From Bugula neritina (lineage: Eukaryota; Animalia; Bryozoa): 64,000 bases of DNA. This document shows, in pieces, positions 10,841 through 25,900 of the stretch (position 1 is the stretch's first letter; every line of letters starts with the position of its first letter). Where the stretch lies: positions 10,488,698 through 10,552,697 of the forward strand of contig OZ037765.1 of the NCBI GenBank assembly GCA_964035545.1. The letters run 5' to 3'. The notes under the pieces were generated by a model. It saw only the letters and a list, made by a program, of their open reading frames with translations. It was not told where the DNA came from and made no database searches. Position numbers and translations under genes: made by a program.

Positions 10841-13545
10841 GTCAGTTAAGTCAGTCAAGTTATGTGAATTAAGTTAAGTCAGTAAAGTAAGTCAGTTAAG
10901 TTAAGTCATAGCTCTCCGACAAGAAGGCAAAACCTCACACCTGCCCTGAATGCACCGGGATGAGACTTATTTTTAAGCTCAGGTTTTAACCTGTTCCATA
11001 GCGCTGACTCCCGATAACATGTACTTCTTTGACCTGCAGTAGTAGAGAAAAAAAGAACGAAAAGATTTGATATTGAGAAGCGTGTACTGTAGTCATAATC
11101 TTCAGATTATGTTGGCAAAATTTTTTTAACATTTGTTATAGAGTTCGATCATGTTAAAAAATGTGTAGTAAATGTGCTTCCGCGCTTTATAAAACATCAC
11201 CATGATACTTCATTACAATATTCCAGGTGATTCATTGCATGAGTTTATAGGCAATGCCAGAATTAGGAAAAATCAATAGATGTAAAATCTGCATTACATC
11301 CTTTATTGCTGTAGCAATACCAAGTCAAACTCCTGGTTTCTCTGATTGGGAGTTTTTAACAGTATCACCATAGAAGACTTATAGGACTGGATTATTTTTA
11401 AAAAAAAGCTTTATTTTAAGTTATTAGAGCTCACAAGGTGTCAATGTCTAGTTGTAAGGGCAGCTATTTTTACAATTCAAGTGGAAATTATTTACAAAAT
11501 AGCATTATTTAATAATTTGAGCTGTTTGAGCAAAGCAAGAAGGAAGATTTGTATAAATCAAAAAAGCCTGTCACTTTGCAAACCTGTTTTGATGAAAACA
11601 CAACTCTGAATAAATTATAACATATATCAGCGATATTGTTTTGCTCATTTCTGCAACGTACACCCACATTAACTCAGCAATTACACAAACTATGAATGAA
11701 CCCATGTAGGTAGGTGCAGTAATGGAGAAATTGAGAAAATAGTGTGTTTTAGATTAGAAATGTAGCAAAAGAATAAAATAATTAAAGAATTTAGGCTATC
11801 TCAATTTTCCCACTACTGCTCTTAAATAAAACCAAATTGTTGCTGTTTGCCATATTTATTATTAGAACACACATAAAGTGTGCATACAGGGCATTTACTG
11901 GAAACATGATGGTGCATATTAATTCAACTATTGATAAACGAAGTGCATGTGTCCTGCTTTGTTAAACTATGTCAAATAAAATCAGTAGGAAGTATACACA
12001 TCAATTATTCTAGGTTCAGGATATAAATCCTAATATTATGCACTTCTCTATAGATGTTTTGCAATTTCTTATTTAACTAATTTATTTATGTTAACACACT
12101 TTTGACAAATCTAAAAAATGTGGATTTTTGTAAACAATCAAAATCTAACAATCCAACACACCAACTTAATACTTTCAAGGTCCATTGTTATTGAAATTTG
12201 GAATGTCATTATGAGCTAAGAAGCCATTTCTTGAGATTGTTTTGCGAGAGTTAGCTGGTTTGCTAATTTCTAGTGCTGATATTCTCGATTTTGCTATCAG
12301 ATCTGGTTTGTGTTCTACTATTTCTGCGAATACTGTTCCTATCCTAGCCACTGCATCATATTCACTCCTTCACTGTCAGTCTTAGTCTAACTCTACGTGA
12401 GTGCATTAGTGCCTTTAGTCATTTGGGTCTATCAAGATAAAACTTTGGTTATCTAAAGCATCAAGCTTGTTTAGAGGTAAGTAAACCGTCTTTCTAGCTT
12501 CTGATTTTAACAATAGACTGTAGACTGTGGCCCACTTACACTGATATTGATACTCATAATTGATACGTGGCTGCTGTTGTCATCTATCTAATTGTAGGCT
12601 CGTTAGTTGTTGCTATTGTTAGGTGTTGTACTTACTATTTAAAATTAATGAGACTGTTAGTTTTGGACCTGGTGATGTGATTATTGTTGTCAATCACAGA
12701 TCATTTATTTTTAATATAATTTTCAGAATGGGTCTCAACTCTAATTTTACAATTTTGTTCAAATTAAAAGTTATCTTCTAAAGTTTAATGGTTTTATAGC
12801 TCTATTTGTTTCTACTGATAACACAACAAACAAGCTGCTCTAGTAGTGTACAATTGAAATTTGGTTGGGCCTATGTCTTCCTGTGTTACAGATGAAAATT
12901 TGCATTTCTTGCAAACTGGTTTCCATGCAGCACATAAAATAGGATTTCAAAAAATTATCTTTGTGTACAGAGTTTTATTCCTTTGAGCAAAACATTAGTA
13001 ACAAAGAGGTTTAGTAGCTCTTAGCCATGAGAAACAGATAAAAAGATCACAAATTACTGCCTGTGCTGATGTGAATTTTAAAAGCCGTATTTAATCTAAA
13101 TTGCATGTTTGAATGTTTGGAATGTTGTGAAGCCATTTACAGTTTATAATTACACAACAAACGCGTTTGATTCTGCTCTATGTCTAATATGTTGTTGGTA
13201 TTGAACTTGTTGTCGTGACATAACCTTTAGAAGTACAGTTAAACTCCTTTATTGCTAATCAAACTGTGTTAAGTTTTTCTATGCAAATTATATGTCTAAA
13301 TGATGTTTTCATATATTTTAGTTCAAAGGAGATGATTCTACAAAAAGTAATAATGACCTCCTCACAGCTATTACAGTTTACAAGTTTCACCTTGTTCAGA
13401 GATTTCTGGTCCTGGATATGACTAATTATTGAAAAGTACGCCCAGACATGCTGGTCCATCACACACATAAACACACAGTTTGGTTCTGCATCTCGATTAG
13501 CTATGCCATCATATACATGAACTCTCACTGCACTTATTTTATATA

Positions 13546-14181
13546 CAGTGCTGTGAAAAAGTTTAAGGACATTTGCAGAAATGTTTATGTATCTTGTTTA
13601 ATAGGCATTCCATGTAAGTTCTTTGCCTTTTCCTGCAAGTTCTATATAACAAAATGACTCTTGGAATGTGCACTACAATTTCCACCTCATAACTTCCTAA
13701 TGTTGTGATGTTTTCCATTTATTTTCGAGCTAACTACACAAGCAGCTAAGGAAGCCCAACTCCTATATTTTTATGTTCACAAAGCTTATCGCTTTTTATA
13801 ACCACAGAAGGCTAAACAGTAAAATTTGGCTTTGTGCATGGCATCATGATATATCATAAAGCATGATTTCCCTCCATAATTTGAAATTTGTCATTTAGTG
13901 GTGAGCTTTTACTTGGTGTCCACTTGGATGCTGTGCATAGACAGAGTGAGAGCTGTAAATCTTACTTCAGAAGCAAGGTCTGTAATAGTTTTCTTGCATA
14001 AGGAAAATTATTCAATTAGGAAAATATCTGAAAATGTTGGCAAAGCAAAGACAACTGTACATTAAATTGTCAAGAAGTTTATGGAGACTGGCAGTGTAGC
14101 AAATCGACTTGGAAGCGGACGACCAAGAATAAGCACACCCAGAGAGGACAAGGCTCTCATTAAGACTTTTTCACAGCGCTG
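13546..14181 (+). mobile_element. Tc1/mariner internal-deletion derivative (copy 2)
   Basis: Same element as 6453-7088 at offset 7093. Confidence 0.88.
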
Positions 14182-14291
14182 TAATTGCAGCCAAAATTAA
14201 AATGCTTCTAGGATAACCAATGCTCTTTAAGACATCTGTATGGTATACATACAAAGATCACGAGGGGCACATTGTAAAATACTGTGAGGGA

Positions 14292-15803
14292 TTACTTAGC
14301 TGACTCTCTGGGAGATTTCTGCATGTAATAGCCAGCTGCATGATCTGCAACAACCTGTCCTATATACATTTTAAAGGAACATAATATACATGCATGGCAG
14401 CCAGAGTTGACAATTGAATCACATGTCATGGCATCAGCAGTGCTCAAAAAGTCATCGTAGATGTTAATCATAGCCATCGCCAAAAGAGCTTTACGTAGAA
14501 GTGCAGTGGACATTTACTAAAACCAACAAACAATAAAATAACAAATTCAAAAGAAAAACCCATTTCAACAGAATTGACAGATGCACTACAAACACTGCTT
14601 GTTACACCTACCCTAGGTGGTAAGTCTTTAATACCCATGAGTTTGGAAATGTTCGACTCAGATTTATTAGGTAAACCAGCGAGAACCCTGAAAGTAGCTC
14701 TAAGAATCAAAGTCTCTTTCAGGTACACATTGCCATCTTTCAGCATCATTTGTTTATCAAGATAGGGTAGCACAGCATTATATTGTCTGACCTCAAGATG
14801 GTAACATACAACTTGGAAGGGAGTCCTACCAAATATATTTGCAGAATAAGTTTAAAGCATATTATATAATTTTAAAAAAGTCTACAGACTTGTAGCACAC
14901 TAATGCACGGCGCTGAGTATACAGATATAAAACAGGAGAAGCTTAATAAAATTGCAAGTAAAATTGCAAGTCTCATAGTTATAAAACATAGTTTTGATTT
15001 TTGTTGACGATTCTGAAAAAACGGAAATAAGAAATAAACAAGAAACAATTTTTGGGTGCTGCTTGTAAAAAAACAAAACTGATAGAACATATTACAAAAT
15101 AGTGAATGCTTGAAGAGTTTCTATCATTTTACTGTAGCTGACAACAGCTATTTCAGCATCTTTTTCTATGGTTAGGATAAGAGATTGCTTAGCGAACTCA
15201 TTGGGTGACTTCTGCATGTAATAGCCAGCTGCATGATCGGCAACAACCTGTCCTATATACACTTTAAAGGCACATGATATACATGCATGGCAGTCAAAAT
15301 TGAAAAATTGCTGCTGGGTTTGGCCATTCTTTCTAAGATACATGCATGGTCTCCATGCAAACGTTCCAAGGAATGCAGTGTAAAACACTGCAACAAGAAA
15401 AGACGACTCCATTCTTAACCTAGAAAGTAGCTGAAAAAACATGAGCATGTTAAATTTTTTGGCCGCTTTATATTTTCTAATCTCCGTATTAGCTTTTCCT
15501 CTTCTTGTGTATGCTTTCTGATAAGTGCGGTCCCACTTTATTGCTTCCGTGCAATCTGCCACCACAGTTTTCCAATTCTTTTTATGGCAAACACGAAATG
15601 TTGGCAAACACTAAGCGATCTACCTTGCAGTCGTTCGCAGTTGCTCGATTCTGGTACAGGACAGCCAGAAGTTTCACCTCTTTCTTTGGACAGAGTTCTA
15701 AAGCCTTATTGTATGAGTTTAGAGCCTGAACGTAACGTTTCTTTTTAAAGAACTCGTTACTTTGTTCCTTAGCCTTGATGACCTGAGAGACCTCGTTAGA
15801 GGT
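14292..15803 (-). pseudogene. TOM70-like TPR gene remnant (copy 2)
   Basis: Translated ORFs identical to copy 1 at offset 7093. Confidence 0.72.
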
Positions 15804-18800
15804 CTACAAAATAGACTGAGCTTTCATCCTAATCAAGACTAGATTAAATTGCATGCATGGAGTAAACTTCTACAACATTGATAAGCCTTTTGCTATGAAC
15901 GTTTATGCTAACGTTTCTTTACTAAACATCTAGATTCCAAGTTCGGGTATAATTTTGAAAAATTACTTACCCATTCTATTGCATGCTCAAGAGACCACAC
16001 TGTTTATATACAACTATGACAGATTGCTTATATGCCATGAAGCGCTTTAGAAGTGCTTCACTTGGCAGCAATAGATTTTATAATGACTCAACTAGCAAAA
16101 GAATCATTTCAAGAGTTCGAACACAAATAAAATAATTGCGAAGTTGTCTGTTATCTGTTTTTTAGAGTTCAACTGTAATACTTGCTAAAGCATTTTAAAA
16201 CTGTTGTTAATTTAACTTTATAAATCAAATATTTTTAAGAGCCAACCAAGACTTTAAATTTTGTCCTGTATATTTTACATGTTTATTGCCTGTGTTAACT
16301 AAATTTTATATACATTATATGTAGTATTGTTAATGTAAATAAATTAGCTTTTCCTGAATAAAAAATTTCAGAGTTATCTGTAAACAAGTGCGGCACCAAT
16401 ACAAAATGAAAACCGTTTCTTAATCGTTATGTTACTGTCTTTTTCTTTTTGATTTACAATGCACTGGTGAATTGATATATAACGAAAACATTGTAATTCA
16501 AAATTAGGTCTTGCTTACTTCAAGCTTGAAATTTTTTTCCTTGTTTGCTCATTCTGAGGTGAAAAATGTTTTTATTTAACTCGTCATTTAATACAAAATT
16601 GGATATATAAATAGTTATGTGCTTTCTATTGGATCAACTGGAACAACCTAAGCTATTGCATAAAACATTACATGGCTAGCAGGCATGTGATCAAACTATC
16701 AACTTCTAACAGCTAGAATCTAGGCTATTGTGTGATTGGTCAGCTATCCAGAGTGGTGAGGTGACAGGCAGAACATATGATTAATGGGATTATACCCTTG
16801 CTGCTACCCAGCATTACTTAATAAACAAGTGGCAATGATCAAGTTCATTTTTCCAAATTATTAAACTACAAATATGTGTGCTACGATCAAAGTAAATATC
16901 ATCTAGATTCTAGAATAGTAATCTGATTGGAAATTAGTTTTAATCAGCAGTTAAGCATCTAATTGTGTATAGCTTATACAATTCTATAACCTTTGTCAAA
17001 GTTCGTCATTGCTGTTATAATGTTATAATATTGTTGTATTGCTTATTTTAGTAGAAGGCATTGAAAAAATGCAACAATTTCAATATTCAATATTAATATA
17101 ATAATAAAATTTACCATAAAATTCAACTCTACACAGCTTAAATGTAAGTAGAATTTATTTGCTATAAGAGTTTCACATAATAATGACAGCGATAGGCAAT
17201 TTAAAGCATCTCTTCCCTATAACATCACCAAATTTCTTGGAAAAACTTGCAACCAATTTTGCCAAGTTTCAGGATTGTCTATTCTGTTGAAAATAAGATT
17301 TGCAAGTTCCATCAAACGGAACAAAGGTGGGACATCTGAGAAGGTCAGAGTTTCTCTCAGTCAGCACGGCAAAGGGGTCTACAGGTAGTAGCAGCAACTG
17401 AGAATGTAGAATGTAGACGTCACTCTGCTATGAGACTTACATGTGCATTGAGCTAGGAAATATTTCTATAATATAATACAACTCAATCTATGTACAGCAG
17501 CTGTTTCAGGGTTTTCTCTTGTCAGTACAGAACAGAGCACCATGGCTCACACCTTTGAGATAGAAAAAACTTATGGGGTTTAGAGTTTGGAATTCAGATT
17601 ATGTTTGCAAAATTTTTTTAACATTTGTTATAGAGTTTGATCATGTTGAAAAAATGTGTAGCAAATGTGCTTCCGCGCTTTATAAAAACATTACCATGAT
17701 ACTTCATTACAGTATTCCAGGTGGTTCATTGCATGAGTTTATAGGCAATGCCAGAATTAGGAAAAATTCAATAGATGTAAAATTTGCATTATATTCTTTA
17801 TTGCTGTAGCAATACCATGTCAAACTCTTAGTTTCTCTGATTGGGAGTTTTTAACAGTATCACCATAGAAGAACCATTGCATGAGTTTATAGGCAATGAT
17901 AGAATTGCTGTCTTTTGAAAATGGTTAAGGTAAAGCTCACAGGGTATGACATGTTTAGGTTTAAGGACAGCTACCTATTGCAACTCAAGCGGAAGTTGTT
18001 TAAAAAAGAGTTTTGTAATAACTTGACTTGTTCCGAGCAAAACAAGAAGGAAGATTTGCGTAAATACAAAAAGTATGTCACTTTGCAAACCCATTTTGAT
18101 GTAAACACAACTCCGAACAACTTATAACATTTTTAGCAATATCATTTTGCTCATTTCTGCAACACACACACGTTAGCTCAGAAATTACACAAACTATGAA
18201 TAAAGCCATAGAGGTAGGTACAGTATAATGGAGAAACTGAAAAAAGGCTGTGTTCTAGATTAGAATGTAACAAAATAAGCTATGTTTTTAGCAAGAATTT
18301 CAACCCTCATCCAAACCAGAATTTAATAAAGCAATTAAAGAACTTAGGCTAACTCAATTTCTCCACTACTGCACGGAACTGAAACCATGTTTGCTGTTTG
18401 CCATATTTATCATTAGAACACACATAAAGTGTGCATACAGTGCATTTACTGGAAACATGATGGTACATATTAATTTGTTTATTGATAAAAGAGGAACATG
18501 TATCCTGCTTTGTTAAACTCTGTCAAATAAAATCAGTAGGAAGTGTACACACATTGATTATATTCAGGATATAAATCATGACATTGTGTCCAAATTTGGT
18601 ATTTGTAGTTTGTTTATTTATAGAGAGACAATGTGGCTGTGTAGTAAGCCACTATAATTTCATGCCTATAGCTTTATTAGTTTGAAAACTTATTTCATTC
18701 ATAAACTATCCTTGTGTGACACCATGCAGACCTTAAAACCTCAGCTGGGGTTTACAGGAACTATATACTATAACATTCAAGCTTTTAACACCAGCTACAC

Positions 18801-19634
18801 CATCTAATTTACTCACTAGCATTAATGAGATTTCATCAGCATAATGTCTTGTAGTTAATGTTCCAAGCTGCAATGTCTGTGACTGGCCATCAAGCACCTA
18901 CATTAAACTACTGCCATAAATTATTCTGATCCAAACATTTACCTATTTTATTTCATTGTAAGTCTAATAAACACATTTTACTGACTTGTAAAATGTGTTT
19001 ATGCTGTATATTTAGGCATCTATCTTATGAAATATTGTAGATAGTGCGATATGGCAGTTCTACTATAGTTTCACTCATGAACATGTCTAATCTAACCACA
19101 AAGGTACCAAGGGAGTATTGATATCATATAGATTATAGAGTGCCACTGACACATTATCTTCAACTGATCCTGGCCCATTTTAGCAAGAATTTTGCCATAA
19201 ATTATCTATTTGTGATTCTGTCTGTTTAAAGTTTAAACAAATCTGACTGCTCAGTGTGAATCATGTGAAGCTAAACGAAGTTATATGCAAGTTTATTTGG
19301 TTTTAGAAAATACACAATTATACCACGCATATAATATGTTTTCAGCATGGTTAAAATTTCTGTAGGTACCCATAGAAACATAATTTTAATATAACAAATA
19401 CTGCTTAACTGCTAGGGCCTCACAAAGTAGTAAGTGGTAGATTACTCATGCTTGACTTATCAAATAAAGGAAATAGTTTACACTATGTTAGGAAGTGAAT
19501 TATATCCCACATAAAATACAGGCATCACCTGCAAGATAACCTCGGTGACTGAAATCACAATATTAATTTGTTAGGACGAGTTATTTGTTTGTCATAGCAT
19601 AGTTCTTACTACGATATCAAATTACTGACCCGTA

Positions 19635-19934
19635 GCTCTATTGGCCGTGCTCGGCGAAGCGAATGCGTCTCAGTACATGCTGTAATTAAAATACCTCAAT
19701 GTGGAGGCGTGGCCTAACGGTAATGTCTACGAATAGCGTTGGTGAGTATAATCATTGATGTTATTCGCTGGAATTTTGTAGGAAGGCAGGAAGTGTTGTA
19801 GTAGCATAATAAAGGCAGCATTTGATTATAGTTCAATAGGAAGCGAAGTTGATTGTACATTTTATTGCAGTTGCTGCTAATTGAAGATGCATTCGCTTTG
19901 TACCTTGTAACATCTATCGCTTACTACTTCCATT
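19635..19934 (+). promoter_or_regulatory. Putative promoter and spliced 5' UTR of the plectin-repeat gene
   Basis: Locally CpG-richer patch with ATTGG (reverse CCAAT) at 19640, Inr-like TCTCAGT at ~19668, donor G|GTGAGT at 19742 and acceptor TTTATTGCAG at 19870. Confidence 0.5.
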
Positions 19935-22900
19935 ATGGCCTCTCAGGTGAGTAAGCCCATAACAATAGTGCACTAACAGGAGTAAAAGGTATAATTTCAA
20001 GTATATTTATATTCATATTCATATTGTAATTATACCCATATGATAATTATTATTAATATTAATTTATTATCATAGTTTAAATGTCCAAAATAACTTTATA
20101 TGCAGGCAATGTTAGAAAATATTAGCATTCAGTTTTACCATGTAACTTTAATCGTGAATTATAATGCTGTATTTGGCACTATGACTATGAAAATTTAGCT
20201 ACCAACTGAGTGAAACAGTCTGCTTGAAGAAAATTACTAATTACAGATTAGTTATAAAACAAAGAAGATTAAAAAAGCTATAGGCATTATGTTATACTGT
20301 AAATCGTTGGTTACCAAAATGAAAAGTACTTTCAGATAAATACAGGACACTATTTATTATGTTACCTATCCTTGCCTAATAAGTTTATTGTCAAATGTTT
20401 GTTTAAATTATAAAGCTTTGCTTACTACTGAATGAAACACTGTTTAATGCTTTCTTCTAGTGCTATTCTAGCGCTGACCTAGCACGGTTCTAGATTCTAG
20501 AACTATCTAAATGCTGTATATTCATTATCGTAATTGTAAGCTTTTATCAAAAGAAGCTCTTAGAGACAAAGAAAAGTATTGCGTACAAATTATAACCCTT
20601 TTTATGTAATGGTCTTGTCTAAGTAACATAGAAGTCAGACACGGTATTGAAGGGCAAATTCTTGATGTCGATCAGTTATGCCAAGTCTGGTCAATGAAAG
20701 TGATAGTGACATATTTTTGTTCTGGTATGTTGATGTGGTATGTAATAGTTGACTTCTGAATGTAGTAATAGGACGCTTATGACATGCCCTTATGCACTCA
20801 TAGCGTAACTATTTAAACTAAGTTGAGTCATTGTGAGTTTGGATGTATGCCTTGCATTTCTACTTTTTAAACTTATATAAATGGCTTTATTATTTAGTTT
20901 CATATTTTCAAACTAAATCTTATAAATACCATGGCAAGCTCCTCTGCTATAGTGATGTGTAAACACCTTTTCACCTAACAGGTGAGGCATCTTCATGCCA
21001 TAATGTAATCATGGTCGTAACTCAGTAATATGCAAATAGTGGGGTTGTATAGAAACTGGTAATGTTAAAACTTTACACTTGGATGTGTAACAACTACCAA
21101 TCTATTGATTCATCTAATCATACTAATCTCCTTTATTGTTTGTATTGTCAACACACTATCATCCCAGTTGACTACATAGTCGTACAAGTACTATATGCAT
21201 TGTGTCTGCCATGTTTGTGACTGTCCTATTGTATTTTACCCACTAGATTGTGAGTTAGATAGTTTCAAGAGCTTGCTGTTAGGTGCAAAGCTGTAACGTG
21301 CAACACATGCCAATAATATAATAGGCTTATATACTGTTGCAGTGGAAGCTAAATCTAGACATACATTAAAGTTTACTATAGTGTATTAACCCTAAATTAT
21401 AACAGAATTTTCAAAGCAGCAGTATGCTATGTAAAGGTAGAGTTACTGATAGCTGTTAATAGGAAGGGTGAATGTTTTGATAATATAACAGTTTGTAAAG
21501 TGTGGGGAAAATGCACATACAGCAGAGCCTGCAACAGTAAGCTGTGGATAGCAAGTTTGTTGTTGAAACCTTTACATAATGCCTTGTGTTTGTTGTTGAT
21601 CATATTTCATTCAAAGTTCAATATATTATTAGTTTGCCCTTCTTTCTTCTTACATTACTACTACCAGTGCTATTACTACTACTACTACCAGTGCTATTAC
21701 TACTACTACCAGTGCTATTACTACTACTACCAGTGCTATTACTACTACTACCAGTGCTATTACTACTACCACTGCTACTACTACTACTGCTACATACTTC
21801 TACTACTGCTACTACTACTTTTACTACTACAACTTCTACTGCTACTGCTACTGCTACTGCTACTGCTACTGCTACTGCTACTGCTACTACTACTACTACT
21901 ACTACTACTAATACTTTTACTGCTACTACTTCTATTGCTACTACTTCTACTGCTACTACCACTACCACTGCTGCTGCTGCTGCTGTTGCAGCGTTTACTA
22001 CTGCTATTAGGTACTACTTTAGGCCCCACATCAGCTTCACTTGCTACTGGCTGATGTTTGCGGGTTTTAGACTTGATTATGCTTGTAGATTATGTCTGCA
22101 GATGTTAAGTTACTGATATAATAGTAGGCTATGCTGCTAGTAATTCTATCCATAAAGGGCTGCATAGGTCAGCGTACTTTGGTAGTTTATGAATACCACT
22201 TTAACTTCTGTGAAGTTCTAAAGTGAGAGCACTAAAGCAGATTAAAACAGGGATATCTCAAAGGCATGACCTCTGAATGCTGAGAAATTGTATTCTATCT
22301 TCAATCATAAATTATTATAACTTCAGCTTTATTATCTCCTCCAATTAATGAATAAGTTGCTATAATTGAAGAATCAAAAATGTTCACCAGAAATTTGAGT
22401 TACAGGTGGCTAGCACACCCATAACATAGAACTATTGCTGCAGTTCTTTAGCAAGTGTTTGCTACCAACACTACATACATAGCCTTATGTTTCCATGGTG
22501 ATCTTTGCACACATGTAGGAAACCATCATTTTCCGATGGTACTCAATCAGCAAAGGCATATCCACTCAGAGTGGGTGAGGCAGACCTCCCAACACGTTAG
22601 TTTAAATATTTTCAGCCATAGCAACACTAGTCATTCATATCTCTTAGATACACATAATTGCATTTCAATCATTGGCAATTGTAAATAAAATACCTAAAAA
22701 TGTTTGCTTGTGAGCAAATGCTAGCAGAAGTTTTCAGTCTTACTTTATTTAACCTTTTTAAACATTAGGGTGTAGACCAATTGTAGTCTTCTGCTTCAGC
22801 TGATAGGATGAGGGTTTAGTCTCAGCAAACTCAAGTACTATCCTAAATGCTATCAATTTATATTGTTATATGATTTTATAAGAACAAGAATATTATACAC

Positions 22901-25900
22901 ATATCCGTGATTTGTAAGTACAGGAACTTTAGTACATCTTTAAACTGCATAAATTTCAATTTCAAGGTTGCTTCTAGTACATATCAACATAATCACATGC
23001 TCTATTGTATGCTTAGTATCACCATGGTAACACTCATTTGTACCAACAATATTTAGATAAATTCCAGCTAAGTAGTTGCTAGGCTATTGTATGGTATAAC
23101 ATTGGTATGGCAAGTATCAACAATACAATTAGCAAAAATATTAACAAATTAATCATTACACAAAACAGCTGTAACTTTTTTAAACTGTTGTACACAGCAA
23201 TATTCACCTATTTGGTATAATATATTCAAGAATTAAAATGTATTTGTGTTGATTAAAAAAGTGTTAGTTGTAGCAATAAAAACCAAGGTTGTGTTGGGAT
23301 GTGTATTTATGTCATCTTAACACTTTCGCATACTACAGTATAGTATTGAAACTATAGAGCTAAAATTGTTTGATACAAACTTGATTTGCTGCAGTTTTCT
23401 AATTTGTTTATTTAGTTTCAAATGGACATCAGTAATGTGATGCCAATACTTCGTACTCAGAATGGTTCAGCTGCCAGCCCTTCATCTGCTGTGAATGGAG
23501 ATGGGCACTGGATATCAGAGGATACTTATGACATACCTGGTGGGAAAGTTGATACTATTAAGGAGAGCTCTGTGAAGAGTGGCCAAGGATGGCATAGTCA
23601 CGCTACAAAACAAACATCAATAATAAAGCAAGAACTTTCTGGAAGTGATCTGAAACCTCCTTCAGGTATGATTGTTGCATCATTGCTGTTCTGCTAGTAA
23701 TTAGTAAAGAATGATTTTCTAAAACTACTATTCTAAATCTGCTAGTAATTAGTAAAGAATCATTTTCTAAAATTGATTTAGAGGTATTTGTTTCAAAGTG
23801 ATAAACAAGTTAGCTATTACATCATGATAGTTTTACTGATTCATTTCGAGTCTAGAATCAGCATCTGGTGATAAAGAAATTTTATTCTACTTTAGGAATG
23901 CTGCCTAGCCAGTCAGACTCTCAATCTGGTACTGTAAAACTGTTGGGTGAACTGGACACCTTCTCCGGATTTCTTAATACAGATCTATCGAACTCTGATG
24001 TGACTCAGTCAGTCAAAACTACTACCAGTCAAAGCAAGACCGTCAAATTGAGCAAAGTATCGTCAGCATTTCACGGGCAGCCTTTAGATCAAGCCATTAA
24101 GCAAAAATATCTAAATACCAAGACAGGAATTTATACAGATTGTTCTGGCAAGTCTCACACATTAGCTGAGGCGCTTGAGAAAGATCTTATCAATCCTGAT
24201 TCTGCAGTGTTCATTAACCCTAAAAACAACATGAGCGGAAATCTGCACAACGCTATTCAGAGAGAACTGGTCAGTAAGACTGGACAATATAGAGATACAG
24301 CTACAAATCAGCTGATGTCATTGGAAGACTGTCTTGCCAAGAGTATAGTTGTGTCGAGGGAAGTGCAACCTATTGATACGAAAGCTGAAACGAAAGAGGA
24401 ACATTATGAGTTCCACATCGATAAGGTAAATTTGCTCATAAATAAGAAGTAACCTATCACCAATATTTTGCAATTATGGCAGTTTTGTAATAGTTGCGAG
24501 TTGTAGAAAAATATTTAAAAATAAACTATGTTCCATACTAGCACATCTATAGATAACATCAACAGAAAAATGTGTATTTTGCAACATAAGGTTGTCCTTT
24601 AGCATTGTTCTTGAACAACTGTAACTGGAAGCAATATGTTGCCATAGGTGGTGGATCCGACTACAGGAGAGCTAATCTCAGTGGAGCAAGCTGTGCACAG
24701 GGGAATATTTGACCCTGCAAAAGGCAAATACTTTAACCTCAAAACTGGAGAACTGCTCACAGTACAAGAAGCTGTTTTCCGAAATCTGATGATTACATCT
24801 GCCAAAGTAGGTTATGCGACTTATAGGATGTACATCTTGGATGCACATCTTGGATGTATGATTGTTGATTTATTAAATTAGTACTAAAAACTAGCAGTAA
24901 TAGTTAAAAAGATCATTGAGAGTAAGTTTGGTGGCATATTTTTTTATAGATTTTCTATCGAATCATTGGCTTTTAACTTATCAAAATGGCTCTTTTAACT
25001 CTTTGAAAAATTATGTGCATGTAAATGTATGCATGTTGCATACATGTATCACAAATATCAAGGAAGACTGTGTTACAGGGAGTTGGGCCTACAACCAGCT
25101 CTTCATCACAGTTAATAAAGACCTCCAAATCCTTCAACGTTGTCGGTGCTATTCATCCAATACTTAAGAAAAGAATGTCTCTAAATGAAGCTATATCAGA
25201 GGGAATTCTTGGTAGGTAAAGATTCCCTGGTTTTTATTGCTAATCTTTCACTGTGTTCATAGCAGGTATCTGTGAGTTTAGGATAATATTCTGGTCATTC
25301 TTGTTTTTTTGCAGTCTTTAAGTTTCCTGGGGAAAACCTGCAGCTTATTGAATTAAATTACGGGTCTTATTGTATTTGTGCATTCTTACTCTATAAAGAT
25401 CAACTCTTTTAGTCTAAGACTATTGACATGTTATTAGGTTTAGGGTTCATTACCCACCATTACCAGGGACTACATCAGTTTATGGCATTGCAATGTTAAT
25501 TGTTATTGGTTGACAGCCAATGTGTTACATGAGTGATATGAATGAAAGGTATAGATTCTTTTGTAATAACCTTTTGTTAAGGTACACTGGTTTTTAGTAG
25601 ATCACAATGAATGCTTGAGGTAAGTTGTGTTTTGCTTTTTACTGTGAAGTTTTTTATCAGTAGGTCAATGTTTTTGATATTACTGAGATTTTATAAAGTA
25701 TAAACACTCTCAGAGAGTGGTTGGTAACTTGTAAGGAACTGTAAAGAAGTTTGACTGTAGAAAGAGTAGTTTTACAATTTACTATGTGTGACAACAATGT
25801 TGTGAGTTCAAGAACTTGTAAGTTCGGTCTTACTCAGGCAGCCATGTGCATATTGAAGTTGGATCATTTGAGCTACATATTAGAATGAATAAAACAACAT

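Larger units (their letters stand above)
4950..12038 (+). repeat. Tandem segmental duplication, copy 1 (~7.1 kb)
   Basis: Sequence from TGCACTTCTCTA at ~4951 recurs at ~12039; ORFs recur at a fixed offset of 7093; copy ends near TTCAGGATATAAATC (~12015-12030). Boundaries approximate. Confidence 0.93.
12039..18580 (+). repeat. Tandem segmental duplication, copy 2 (~6.5 kb)
   Basis: Collinear with copy 1, lacks the ~620-bp segment 10480-11100, and ends near TTCAGGATATAAATC (~18563-18577). Confidence 0.93.

Noticed and set aside
19700-19745. tRNA-like A box (GGCGTGGCCTAACGGT)
   Set aside because: No B box or cloverleaf follows; better explained as 5' UTR sequence.
21500-22116. Long Tyr/Leu/Thr/Ser homopolymer ORFs
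   Set aside because: Translations of an intronic trinucleotide microsatellite.
23690-23772. ~35-bp local direct repeat in an intron
   Set aside because: Simple slippage-type duplication with no further structure.
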